A stretch of DNA of 64,000 nt from Akkermansia muciniphila (GCA_945861415.1 CAMAUV010000004.1:75296-139295), one strand, 5' to 3'. Counted from the first letter of the stretch, positions 50,223 through 63,043 are shown. Numbers and translations: made by a program. Notes: a model not told the origin generated them from the letters alone.

Positions 50223-50414
50223 ATAGTGATAGTGTGGGGAGAAAACAAAAACCGGCGCTGCTCACAGACGCACGCCAGTCAATTAGCTACTGAGCGTAGG
50301 AGAGTCCCGGGGCAAATCAATCTCAATCTCCGCATGTCCAAAGGTCTTGCAATTTCAGCGCATGGTCCCACACTGGTGCCCCTTTTTCTTAATCCAACCC
50401 TCGACGCTGAGCCG

Positions 50415-51698
50415 ATGAAGTACGACGATATCCGGGGCATCCTGCGCTATGTGCCGCAATTCCGCGGGCAGACTTTTGTCGTGCTGGTGGACAGCGCGCT
50501 CATGGAGCATGAGAATATCCAGAATGTGCTGCTTGATCTCGCCGTGCTCACTTCGCTCAGCATCCGCGTTGTGGTGGTTTATGGCGCGCGCCAGCAGATC
50601 ATCGCCGAGGCGGCCAAAAACGGCGTGACCCTCTCGTGTCCGGATGCCACCGGCATCACTGATGACGCTACTCTTGAAGTGTCAGTGGATTCCATCAGTC
50701 GGCTGAGCATGAATTTTCTTCAGCAGCTGAGCGGGGTAGGCCTGCGTGCTGCGGTTTCCAATGCCATCACCGCCCATCCAGCCGGTGTCATTCGCGGTCG
50801 CGATCTCGTCCACTCCGGCACCATCGACCGGGTGGACACCGGCATGGTGCAAACGCTAATTGAGCAGGGGATAATCCCTGTCGTGGCACCGCTGGGCTTT
50901 GAAAAAGGAGGACGCATCCTTCGTGTGAACAGTGCCACTGCTGCCGTCCATGTGGCCACCGCACTTGGGGCGGCCAAGCTTCTTTTCGTCGGCGCCGGCG
51001 TCGTGGAGGACGACAAAGGTCAGCGTGTCCGTCAGCTGTCAGTTGATGAAGCCAAAGCGCTCGCTGGCAAGCCCACCGGTGCCGAGGAAACGGAGAGTTC
51101 CCGCATGCTGCTCCTGCGCCACGCAGCCCGCGCATGCGAAGGTGGAGTGGCCCGTGTTCACTTTCTTGACGGCCGCACCGATGACGCCCTGCTAGGCGAG
51201 CTCTTCAGCATCGAAGGCGTGGGCACCATGGTCTACGGTGATGCTTATCAGAAAATCCGGCCTGCAAAGAAATCCGACATTGATGGCATCCTGCGCATGA
51301 TACTCCGTGCTGTGGACGATGAGGAACTGGTGGGCCGAAACCGTCAGGAAATCCGCGCCAACATCGAGGACTACTCCGTGCTCGAAGTGGACGGCATCAT
51401 TACCGGAGTCGTGGCCCTCCATCCATGGCCGGAGCACCATACTGCCGAGCTGGCCTGCCTCTACATCCGCAATACGCACGAAGGCATGGGCTATGGGCGG
51501 AAGCTCGCGCAGTATGTTGAAAACCGCGCCCGCGAGTCCGGCTATGACCACCTTTTCGCCCTCAGCACGCAGGCGTATAATTATTTTGAACAGAAGCTCG
51601 GGTTTAAGCCCGCCTTGCCCGACGACCTGCCACCGGTGCGCCGCGAAAAGCTCCAAAAAAGCGGACGCAACTCCCGTGTCATGGTCAAGCCGCTCTGA
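50415..51698 (+). CDS. argA: amino-acid N-acetyltransferase (N-acetylglutamate synthase; AAK + GNAT domains)
   Basis: MKYDDIRGILRYVPQFRGQTFVVLVDSALMEHENIQNVLLDLAVLTSLSIRVVVVYGARQQI parallels the E. coli ArgA N-terminus. The C-terminal GNAT block is VVALHPWPEHHTAELACLYIRNTHEGMGYGRKL. Alternative start 50334. The 5' 970 nt of the ORF-track ORF (49443-) is antisense shadow of the RGG gene. Confidence 0.85.
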   Translation: MKYDDIRGILRYVPQFRGQTFVVLVDSALMEHENIQNVLLDLAVLTSLSIRVVVVYGARQQIIAEAAKNGVTLSCPDATGITDDATLEVSVDSISRLSMNFLQQLSGVGLRAAVSNAITAHPAGVIRGRDLVHSGTIDRVDTGMVQTLIEQGIIPVVAPLGFEKGGRILRVNSATAAVHVATALGAAKLLFVGAGVVEDDKGQRVRQLSVDEAKALAGKPTGAEETESSRMLLLRHAARACEGGVARVHFLDGRTDDALLGELFSIEGVGTMVYGDAYQKIRPAKKSDIDGILRMILRAVDDEELVGRNRQEIRANIEDYSVLEVDGIITGVVALHPWPEHHTAELACLYIRNTHEGMGYGRKLAQYVENRARESGYDHLFALSTQAYNYFEQKLGFKPALPDDLPPVRREKLQKSGRNSRVMVKPL

Positions 51699-51930
51699 TC
51701 CAGCGCTTACCACAATTTCCGCCTGCGCGGCCATGGAAAATTCCTGAGCCCTGCGAGCACCGGCTGACATCCAGAATTGCGGGAACTATAAAATTGTTAC
51801 ACCACAATGCCGCTGACCTTCAAATGTATCGAGGCCGGCGTCCGCTTTCACCGTTCCCGGGTATAAGCTTGGGGGTCGCCCGCCGTCTCCGCTTGTGAAC
51901 GCAAACCTCACCGGCGCCATGGGTGTGGCC

Positions 51931-52086
51931 GGAATCACCTACAACGTCCAAGTCAGCAACAGCCTAACCGCTCCTGACTGGACCTCTATCGCCACCAAAA
52001 CGCCGGCCACCAACTGAATCGGCAGCGTCTTCAGCGGCCCAGTTATCAACGGATTCATCCGGCTGATGATAGCATCGGCGCCGTGA
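51931..52086 (+). pseudogene. short remnant of the recurrent C-terminal domain, with an in-frame TGA
   Basis: GITYNVQVSNSLTAPDWTSIATKTPATN*IGSVFSGPVINGFIRLMI has the same Y-x-V-x-x-S-x-x-L-x-x-x-x-W ... F-x-R-L pattern as 37.2-37.4 kb, 38.4-38.66 kb and 39.1-39.2 kb. There is no upstream gene body. Confidence 0.3.
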
Positions 52087-52358
52087 GGCACGGCACCCGA
52101 ATTCCGGTCTTTCTCCAGTTCACCATATGGAGCGGCCGGTTTTATGAGCACAATCCTTGGTGAATCTGCATGTTGTCGGTCTGCGGTCAGGGAGCCATGA
52201 CCGCGCGCCCTTTGCCAATCGCGAGCAACGAAAAGGGCGGTGATCGCCGCTGGGATGCTTCGCTCGCCGCCGCCGGAACGCGGTGCTCCTATTCTTCTGC
52301 ACACGGCACTTGCAGGCGGCGGGCAACGAAGCAAGTGCTCCGATGTTACCCTGCCAGC

Positions 52359-53696
52359 ATGGCCCGACCCTCCCAACTCCTTTGTGCCGCCGTCCTAGCA
52401 CTTCTTCTGCCGGGACTCACCGCGTGCAGTGGACGCAAGGACGACAAGGCGCGTGCGGCGCTGCATGACGCTGGGTTTTCTTATACGGTCGAGGAATTTG
52501 TGCGCGCCGCGACTGAGGGCCGGGAGGAGATTGTGCGCAACTTCCTCGACGCCGGCATGACTCCTGATGCCGCCACTTCGGCGAAAGCCACCCCCATTGC
52601 CGCGGCTGCGGCGGCCGGCCACGGGCACATTGTCACGTTGCTGCGCTCCCGCGGTGCACTGCCGGATGGACTCTCGCCAGCAGGTCAGGAGGCGCTCATG
52701 GCGGCGGCTAAAAGCGGTGATGTCGAATCCGTCAAAGCCCTGCTGAGCGCTGGTGCCGATGCACGGGGCTGCGACGGCGAAGGCCTGTCGCCACTCTCAC
52801 TCGCCGTGCTCGCCGGCCATGCGCTCATCGTGACGATGCTCGCGGACCATTCCCCAGGGCCGTTGGACGACTCCCTGCAGCTCGCGGCGCTCAAGGGCCA
52901 CGCGGAGGTGCTCTCGGTGCTCATGGACCGTGGCGCCAGCCCCCATTCTGTTAGCGTCGATGGCCGTACGCCAATGATGTTCGCTGCCCAGTATGGTCAC
53001 GCCAGCGCGGTGAAACTCTTGCGCCAGCGTGGCGGCAGCGTCACCGCACTGGACGAAAACCTGAAAACTCCCGCGGATTACGCGGAAGAAAATGCGCATG
53101 CGGAACTGGCCGCCTATCTTCGTGAACCTGACAATTCCGCTGACCCCGTGCCGTTGGACACAGCGCCCGTCCCGGTCAGTGAGGTGGACCGCACCACGCT
53201 GCCGGGCGAATTGCCCGCGCTGGCTGAAATAATGGAGATCATGGATTACCGCACTAGTAGTCTGCCCATCGTGGTGATGTCTGTGGCGGAGGATAGCGGT
53301 TCCGCAGAAGTCCGCATTCTCCCTAGAAATGAACCGCCGGTGGTGGTGCAAACGGGCGAAGAAATTCCGGGCACCGGTCTCACCATCGAACGGCTGCGTC
53401 ATCGCATGGTGCCTGCCAAGGGGGGACTGGGTCGGCTCATTGACGCCAGCGAAATGATGGTGCGCGATGCTGCCACTGGCCGGCGCCACATGGCCGTGAA
53501 GGGCCTGCCGGTCATGGCCGGAGAGCCCATGGCGCTAATCCGCTTCACTGGTGCTTATGTGCTGCATGAGGTGCGTCCCGGAGACTTGTTTACCGCCGGA
53601 CAAAGCCCGGTGCGCGTCCTTGATGTGCGCCCTACCCAAATCGTGATCGAGCGCACGGACACGAGGGAGACGGCCACCGTTTTCATGAGTCGTTAG
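52359..53696 (+). CDS. ankyrin-repeat lipoprotein
   Basis: MARPSQLLCAAVLALLLPGLTAC carries an LTAC lipobox. At least five ankyrin-like repeats follow (TPIAAAAAAGHGHIVTLLRSRGA, EALMAAAKSGDVESVKALLSAGAD, SPLSLAVLAGHALIVTML, LQLAALKGHAEVLSVLMDRGAS, TPMMFAAQYGHASAVKLLRQRGG). The C-terminal ~170 aa are uncharacterised. Confidence 0.8.
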   Translation: MARPSQLLCAAVLALLLPGLTACSGRKDDKARAALHDAGFSYTVEEFVRAATEGREEIVRNFLDAGMTPDAATSAKATPIAAAAAAGHGHIVTLLRSRGALPDGLSPAGQEALMAAAKSGDVESVKALLSAGADARGCDGEGLSPLSLAVLAGHALIVTMLADHSPGPLDDSLQLAALKGHAEVLSVLMDRGASPHSVSVDGRTPMMFAAQYGHASAVKLLRQRGGSVTALDENLKTPADYAEENAHAELAAYLREPDNSADPVPLDTAPVPVSEVDRTTLPGELPALAEIMEIMDYRTSSLPIVVMSVAEDSGSAEVRILPRNEPPVVVQTGEEIPGTGLTIERLRHRMVPAKGGLGRLIDASEMMVRDAATGRRHMAVKGLPVMAGEPMALIRFTGAYVLHEVRPGDLFTAGQSPVRVLDVRPTQIVIERTDTRETATVFMSR

Positions 53697-53728
53697 AGCC
53701 CTCATGAGATCGGCCGCGCGCAGCCCCG

Positions 53729-55192
53729 CTAATCCTTCAGGCGCTTTTCGAGCATTTCACCAACGATCGCAGGGTTTGCTTTGCCTGCGCTGAGTTTCAT
53801 TACCTGACCTTTAAGGGCGTTGATGGCTTTGTCGTTGCCAGCTTTGATTTTGGCCACGGCGTCGGCGTTATCGGCGAGGACTATGGTGATGATTTCGTCG
53901 AGGAAGCCGGTGTCGCTTAGCTGCTCAAGACCTTTCTCTCTGATAATGTCGGCCGGGGCTTTTCTGGTGTCGAACATTGCAACGAAGACTTCCTTCGCCT
54001 GGCCGCCATTGATTTTTCCGGTTTCCACAAACTCGGCTAGCGCGCGAATGCCGGCGGCGGGAATGGGATTTTGCTCGAGTGTCATTCCGCGAGAGCCGAG
54101 TTGGCCGAGCAGGTCATTAATGATCCAGTTGGCCACCGCCTTAGGTTTGGAAAGGCCGGCGGCGGCCTCTTCAAAGTAGTCGGCCAGCGATTTCTCACTG
54201 CAGAGCACGCCGGCGTCATATTCACTGACGCCGAGGACGCCGACGAAGCGGGCACGGCGGGCATGAGGAGTTTCCGGGACAGAGCGGGAAATTTCCGTTA
54301 CCATGTTGTTCGTGTGGAGAGGCAGGAGGTCGGGGCAGGGTAAGTAGCGGTAATCATGCGCGTCCTCCTTGGTGCGCATAAGGGTGGTCTCGCCGCGGTC
54401 ATCATCCCAGCGGCGGGTGCTTTGAACCTGCTTGATTCCTCGGTCGAGTTCTTCGGCTTGGCGTTCGGTTTCGAAATGGATCGCCCGGCGGACGGCAGAG
54501 ACGCTGTTGAGGTTTTTCAGTTCGATCTTCGCGCCGAAATCCTTCTGCCCGTGCGGGCGGAGTGAAATATTAACGTCGCACCGCATCTGGCCTTTTTCCA
54601 TATCAGCATCGCTCACGCCGGCGTAGACGAGGATTTGGCGCAAACTGTTGAGGTAGGCCACGGCTTCTTCCGCGGTTTCGATCTCCGGCTCGCTGACAAT
54701 CTCCATGAGCGGCGTGCCTGCGCGATTGAAGTCGATGGCGGTGCCGTTGCCCATGTGCGTGCTTTTGGCCACATCCTCTTCAAGGTGAATGCGGGTGAGG
54801 CTGATTACCTGGCCCGGGCGCGCGATCTTTTTCTGCCAGTCCTTCGGGTAATTCATGTCGTATAGCGGCACGCCGCCGCCGAGGCATAATGGAAGGTCGA
54901 ATTGGGTGGTCTGGTAGTTCTTCGGCATGTCCGGGTAGAAGTAGTTCTTCCGGTCCCATTTGACGACAGGCGGCGTGGAGCAGCCGAGCATCATGCCGGC
55001 GAGAATGGTGCGACGGATGGCGCCTTCGTTGAGCACCGGCAGGGCACCGGGCAGGCCAAGGCAGACGGGGCAGGTCAGCGTGTTGGGCGATTCCCCATAC
55101 TGCGAGGGGCATGCACAGAACATTTTGCTCTGAGTGTTGAGCTGGCAGTGGACTTCGAGTCCGATGGTGACGATGTAATCGACGGCGGGCAT
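53729..55192 (-). CDS. gatB: Asp-tRNA(Asn)/Glu-tRNA(Gln) amidotransferase subunit B
   Basis: IGLEVHCQLNT, KMFCACP and DFNRAGTPLMEIVSEP, plus the C-terminal YqeY-like tail. Confidence 0.95.
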   Translation of the reverse strand: MPAVDYIVTIGLEVHCQLNTQSKMFCACPSQYGESPNTLTCPVCLGLPGALPVLNEGAIRRTILAGMMLGCSTPPVVKWDRKNYFYPDMPKNYQTTQFDLPLCLGGGVPLYDMNYPKDWQKKIARPGQVISLTRIHLEEDVAKSTHMGNGTAIDFNRAGTPLMEIVSEPEIETAEEAVAYLNSLRQILVYAGVSDADMEKGQMRCDVNISLRPHGQKDFGAKIELKNLNSVSAVRRAIHFETERQAEELDRGIKQVQSTRRWDDDRGETTLMRTKEDAHDYRYLPCPDLLPLHTNNMVTEISRSVPETPHARRARFVGVLGVSEYDAGVLCSEKSLADYFEEAAAGLSKPKAVANWIINDLLGQLGSRGMTLEQNPIPAAGIRALAEFVETGKINGGQAKEVFVAMFDTRKAPADIIREKGLEQLSDTGFLDEIITIVLADNADAVAKIKAGNDKAINALKGQVMKLSAGKANPAIVGEMLEKRLKD

Positions 55193-55363
55193 TTTTTGGG
55201 AAAATCTAATGGATGAAGGCTAAATGCTAAAATCTTCCTTTCCGGTGCCAGCAATCGGCGGGCTGCAAACTGAAAAGTCGTTCAGTGGCTAGCCCAAATG
55301 TGGCTCGGGTAAAAGGCGTAGATTGCGTCACGCGGCGAGCATCTATAGGCACAATTCCTCATC

Positions 55364-56065
55364 ATGAAATCCCTCTTTCTTCTCCTTACTGCTTTTCTTT
55401 TCGTCTCTTGTGCCGGCCCGGCCGGAGGCGGCAGTCTGGCCAGGGGTAAACTGAGCAACAGGGGCGGCCCGCGGGGTTTTCGCACTGTGGTCATTGACAC
55501 CGGGCACGGCGGGCAGCATTACGATGCGCGCAGCGGCACTCCCGGGGATGTGAGGAAAAAGCTGGTGCTGGACACGGCGCGGCGTCTGTGTGCGGAGCTC
55601 GCGGGAGTATTCCGGGTCGTTATGTTGCGGGACAGCGATACTTTTGTCGATCTGGATGAGCGCTTGGTGGGCGCTACTTGGGCTGGTGGCCGGCTGGACT
55701 GCCTCCATTTGAATCACGTGCCATCCCATCTGCGCGGTCCGGAGATCTAATAATGGAGGTTGCACAGTTGCAGCTATGCCCGGCGCATGCACAAGGCCAT
55801 GTGCGCCGCTTAACCTGCAGAGCACAACAGGAGCTTGGCACGCCGTTGTTTGCGTCTCACGCGAAATCCGGCAATACCCTGTGCGCTGTTGGAAATCGGC
55901 TGCCTTTCTAATCCCTCCGACGCTCGGCTCTGTGGGACATCGGCCTACCGCGAACGCAAGGCGCAGGCGTCTTTCTGGCGCTACCTCAGACGCGGGTGCC
56001 CGTTCTCCTCGGTCCTTTCCCCTCCGTCCCCAGATTTCCGGAATTACCTGCGTACGACAGCTTGA
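55364..56065 (+). pseudogene. N-acetylmuramoyl-L-alanine amidase (Amidase_3 family) lipoprotein gene with three in-frame TAA codons
   Basis: A single frame reads signal/lipobox (LLLTAFLFVSC), VVIDTGHGGQHYDARSG, RLDCLHLNHVPSHLRGPEI**W...MCAA*PAEHNRSLARRCLRLTRNPAIPCALLEIGCLSNPSDARL. All Amidase_3 blocks are colinear with no frameshift. Stops are at 55748-55750, 55751-55753 and 55811-55813. Confidence 0.75.
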
Positions 56066-56089
56066 GCAATGCGGCTGCGTTGTGTATGA

Positions 56090-59557
<3,468 letters not shown>

Positions 59558-59678
59558 GGCGTGGGTTCTGCCTTCGGGGCAGGCAAACAGGCAGTTATCG
59601 CCACGACATCGTAGCGAAGGCACCCCGCCCGCCGCGCCCCGTTCCCTTCGCAGCGCCGAAGCCTAACTGAGTCAGAGT

Positions 59679-60950
59679 TTACGCCACCAGCGTCTGCTCG
59701 CGGTCAGGGCCCACGCCGATCATGCTGATGGGCAGTCCGGTGAGCGCGGTCATGCGATCAAGGTAGGCGCGGGCGTTGGTCGGCAGATCGGTGATCTTCC
59801 GCGCGGCGGTGATGTCGCAATTCCAGCCGGGCAGGGTTTCATAGACGGGCACGCAGCGGGCCATTTCATCCACGGTGGCGGGGGGCACGGTGAGGCGCTC
59901 GCCGTCGAGGGTGTAGGCGGTGCAGACTTGAATTTCGGAGACGCCGTCGAGTCCGTCGAGGTTGGTCACCGCGAGGTCGTCCAGCCCGTTGATGATGCCC
60001 GCATAGCGCACCATGACGGTGTCCAGCCAGCCGCAGCGGCGCGGACGACCGGTGGTGGCACCGAATTCGCGGCCCATGTTGTGCAGACGGTCGCCGAGGG
60101 CGTCGTTTTCCGTAACGAACGGACCGCTCCCCACGCGGGTGGTGTAGGCTTTGCACACGCCGACGACGCGGTCGATCTTCCGCAACGCGGCGCCGGTGCC
60201 CGTGATGGCCCCTCCGGCAGTGGTGTTGCTGCTGGTAACGAAAGGATACGTACCGTGGTCTATGTCGAGATAGGTCCCCTGAGCACCTTCGAAGAGCAGG
60301 CTCTTTCCGGCCGTGATGGCATCGTGCACAATCATGCTGGTGTTGGTGCGGAATGGAACAAGGCGGGCGATAGCTGGCAGGACCTCGTCCAGCACTTGGG
60401 CGATCTCGAGTTTTGGAAGACCCACGGCAGTGAAGAGTCCATTACACTCGTCTAAACGCTCCTCCAGTCGCTCGCGGAATACGGGAGTATCCCCTGCGTC
60501 GATGAAGCGGAAACCGCGGCGCTCGATCTTGTCCGCGTAGGCCGGGCCGATGCCGCGGCCCGTGGTCCCGATTTTTTTGGCAGCGAGCAGAATTTCCCGG
60601 CGCTGGTCGAGGCCTCGGTGGTAGGGCATCACGATGTGTGCGCGGTCGCTGATGAACAGGTTCGCTTCGTTGATGATGACGTTCTGTCCGCGCAGCTTGT
60701 CAATCTCAGCATTGAGGCCCATGGGGTCCATCACTACTCCGTTGCCGATGACACAGGTTTTGTCTTTCCAGAGGATGCCGCTGGGAATGAGGTGCAGGAC
60801 GTATTTTTGGCCGCCCTGAATGACGGTGTGGCCGGCGTTGTTACCGCCTGCGCCGCGGACAACGACGTCTGCGGTTTCAGTGAGAAAATCGACGATCTTT
60901 CCTTTCCCTTCGTCGCCCCACTGGGCGCCGGTAATAATGACGTTTGGCAT
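59679..60950 (-). CDS. purA: adenylosuccinate synthase
   Basis: GAQWGDEGKGKIVD, GGNNAGHT, TTGRGIGPAY and GATTGRPRRCGW. Confidence 0.95.
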   Translation of the reverse strand: MPNVIITGAQWGDEGKGKIVDFLTETADVVVRGAGGNNAGHTVIQGGQKYVLHLIPSGILWKDKTCVIGNGVVMDPMGLNAEIDKLRGQNVIINEANLFISDRAHIVMPYHRGLDQRREILLAAKKIGTTGRGIGPAYADKIERRGFRFIDAGDTPVFRERLEERLDECNGLFTAVGLPKLEIAQVLDEVLPAIARLVPFRTNTSMIVHDAITAGKSLLFEGAQGTYLDIDHGTYPFVTSSNTTAGGAITGTGAALRKIDRVVGVCKAYTTRVGSGPFVTENDALGDRLHNMGREFGATTGRPRRCGWLDTVMVRYAGIINGLDDLAVTNLDGLDGVSEIQVCTAYTLDGERLTVPPATVDEMARCVPVYETLPGWNCDITAARKITDLPTNARAYLDRMTALTGLPISMIGVGPDREQTLVA

Positions 60951-61051
60951 GATGCTGGTAGTAAAAATGGCGAGGGATTAAAACAGAACCGGGCAACGAA
61001 TTGTTGCCCGGTTCGCGGAAATTGAAGTGGCGGAATCCCGCCATGCTTGAT

Positions 61052-61231
61052 TTACATGCTAACCATGGAGAGGGCGATGGTAATCAGGCAAAGGGCGATG
61101 CCGATGCCTCCAATGGCCTTCAGGGCGGAACCAGCCGGGTCCTTCTGCTTACGCTTCTTTTTGAAAGGGGCGTCGTTGGTAAAGCCGACCGGTGCGGTAG
61201 GAAAATCAAGTTGTTGGGTTTCTGTGCTCAC
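61052..61231 (-). CDS. possible small tail-anchored membrane protein (59 aa, below the ORF-track cutoff)
   Basis: GTG-initiated VSTETQQLDFPTAPVGFTNDAPFKKKRKQKDPAGSALKAIGGIGIALCLITIALSMVSM*, with a basic patch followed by one C-terminal hydrophobic helix. Third-position GC is moderately high. No homology argument is available. Confidence 0.3.
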   Translation of the reverse strand: MSTETQQLDFPTAPVGFTNDAPFKKKRKQKDPAGSALKAIGGIGIALCLITIALSMVSM

Positions 61232-61453
61232 AAGGACGAGTGATGGGGGAAGTCTGCGGGGGTGGCAAGCGATTTTTGCCCGCCGCTTCCGCTTCCGAGC
61301 TCCGGTTTAGTGACTCACTGATACAAATTGGACAGCTTGGCGACGACTTTTTGGGCTTCGTCATTCTGATTTGGCTGCGCCTGTCTTGCGGCTCGTCATT
61401 TCCGGCCCAGTTTACGACGTTCAAACAAGTCTTTTGATCTCGACCGCGCTGGG

Positions 61454-62938
61454 TTATTCACCATCAAGCGCGCGGTTGGGAAATTTTTCGGATCTGGTGC
61501 GTTGAGAGTAGAGCAGGAAGAGCAGTTCTTTCACTTTTTCCGGCTGGGCGGCAGCGAGGTCTTTTTCCTCCTTCGGGTCGGCAGCGAGGTCGTAGAGTTC
61601 CCACACCGGAGGTTTGGGATTTTTGGTTTTCGGCCCAGGATTGAGCAGGCGGCCCAGCAGCTTCCAGTTTCCAGCCCTGATCGCCGCCTGACCGGTATAG
61701 CCCGGGGACTCCCGGTAGAGGAAAGGCCGCGTCGGCTGTGCTTCGCCGCGGAGAGCGGGGGCGAAACTAACACCGTCGATGCCTGCCGGGGTGGAGTCTT
61801 TGGCGCCGGCCAGTTCGAGCAGGGTGGGCAGCCAGTCTTCGAATCCGGTGACGCGGTCGCTCACAGTGCCGGCCTTAATTTTGCTTGGCCACGCTATGAT
61901 GCCGGGCACACGATACCCGCCCTCATGGAACGATCCTTTCCGGCCGCGCAGACCGCGCGCACTGTTGAAGAATTCCGCATCGGTGCCGCCGAGTTTGTCG
62001 TAGAGCGGACCGTTGTCGCTGGTGAAAATGACGATGGTCTGCTCTGTGAGATTCAGATCCTTGAGCAGTGCCATTAGTTTTCCGATCTCGGTGTCCATGC
62101 GAGTGATCATAGCCGCGTAGGCCGCGCGGGGAGTGCGATGCGGCAGGTAACCCTTTCCTCCCGGATAGGGGGTCTCGGGGAACTTGCCCTCGTATTCCTT
62201 AAGCGAGTCCTCCGGGACTTGCAGGGCAAGGTGAGGAACCGTGGTCGGGTAAAACAGGAAGAACGGCTTCTCTTTATTCGTGCGCACAAACTTCAGTGCT
62301 TCCGCACCGATCAGATCTGGCGCATAGTCCGTCCCGGAGAATCTGGCATAGCTTTTCGGATCATTCACATCCGCGCCTTCAGGAAGCTTTTGATGCGCGC
62401 CGAATTTTGCGTTCTTCAGGGCAACTTTTTCCGCGTCCGACCAGAGGTGGGTAGGGTAGAAATTGTGGGCCACCGCCTGACAGTTGTAGCCATAGAAGCG
62501 CGCGAATCCCTGCTTCGCCGGATCACCCGTGCTGCCCACAGGGCCGAGTCCCCACTTTCCAAAAGCCCCGGTGGCATAGCCCAGCGACTGCAGGCTGAGG
62601 GGTAGCGCGCAGGTCCCTTCCGCCACGGGCATTTGTCCCTCCTGCCCGCCCAGACCGCCTGCGTTCTCGCGGATGTAGGCATGCCCGGGATGCTTCCCGC
62701 TCATGAGCACGCAGCGCGAGGGCGCGCAGACATTGTGCCCGCTGTAGTGCGACGTGAGTTTCATGCCGGAGGCCGCGAGGGCATCAATGTTGGGAGTGCG
62801 AATGAGCTTTTGTCCAAAGCAGCCCACATCACCGTAGCCGAGGTCATCGCACAGTATGAAGACGATATTTGGCCGGCGAATTTCCTGTGCAGAGGCGGCG
62901 GAGAGGCAGAGAAGAAAAAGGAAAAGTCGTCGGAGCAT
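61454..62938 (-). CDS. sulfatase (Cys-type)
   Basis: Start at MLRRLFLFLLCLSAASA. PNIVFILCDDLGYGD and CAPSRCVLMSGK. Confidence 0.9.
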   Translation of the reverse strand: MLRRLFLFLLCLSAASAQEIRRPNIVFILCDDLGYGDVGCFGQKLIRTPNIDALAASGMKLTSHYSGHNVCAPSRCVLMSGKHPGHAYIRENAGGLGGQEGQMPVAEGTCALPLSLQSLGYATGAFGKWGLGPVGSTGDPAKQGFARFYGYNCQAVAHNFYPTHLWSDAEKVALKNAKFGAHQKLPEGADVNDPKSYARFSGTDYAPDLIGAEALKFVRTNKEKPFFLFYPTTVPHLALQVPEDSLKEYEGKFPETPYPGGKGYLPHRTPRAAYAAMITRMDTEIGKLMALLKDLNLTEQTIVIFTSDNGPLYDKLGGTDAEFFNSARGLRGRKGSFHEGGYRVPGIIAWPSKIKAGTVSDRVTGFEDWLPTLLELAGAKDSTPAGIDGVSFAPALRGEAQPTRPFLYRESPGYTGQAAIRAGNWKLLGRLLNPGPKTKNPKPPVWELYDLAADPKEEKDLAAAQPEKVKELLFLLYSQRTRSEKFPNRALDGE

Positions 62939-63043
62939 GCTGTCTTTTTGCCCACGCCCCGCAGGGAGCAATGTCGGAAATGCCTCCGTGAAAATCGCAG
63001 GCAGGGACTTGCGTGCCTGTCGCCGCGCGTCATTGGGGCGATC

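Noticed and set aside
49443-50414. A 324-codon N-terminal extension of the argA ORF, which makes the ORF-track entry 751 aa.
   Set aside because: It lies antisense to the RGG-protein gene and is Arg/Ser/Ala/Pro-rich junk, typical of shadow frames in GC-rich DNA. ArgA-like sequence begins only at MKYDDIRG (50415).
1898-55813. The idea that in-frame TAA/TAG codons reflect a reassigned genetic code.
   Set aside because: TAG and TAA terminate 21 of the 34 apparently intact genes in this same window at positions matching normal family C-termini (ppdK, birA, glgA, gatB, purA, purN, cmk and others). A global reassignment is therefore not tenable. Pseudogenisation, with possible suppressor rescue as a long shot, fits better.
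59560-59678. Hairpins between the convergent DUF1553 gene and purA (CTGCC-TTCGG-GGCAG; CGAAGG...CCTTCG) as terminators.
   Set aside because: The stems are only 5-6 bp, with a long loop in the second and no U-tracts. That is too weak to call.
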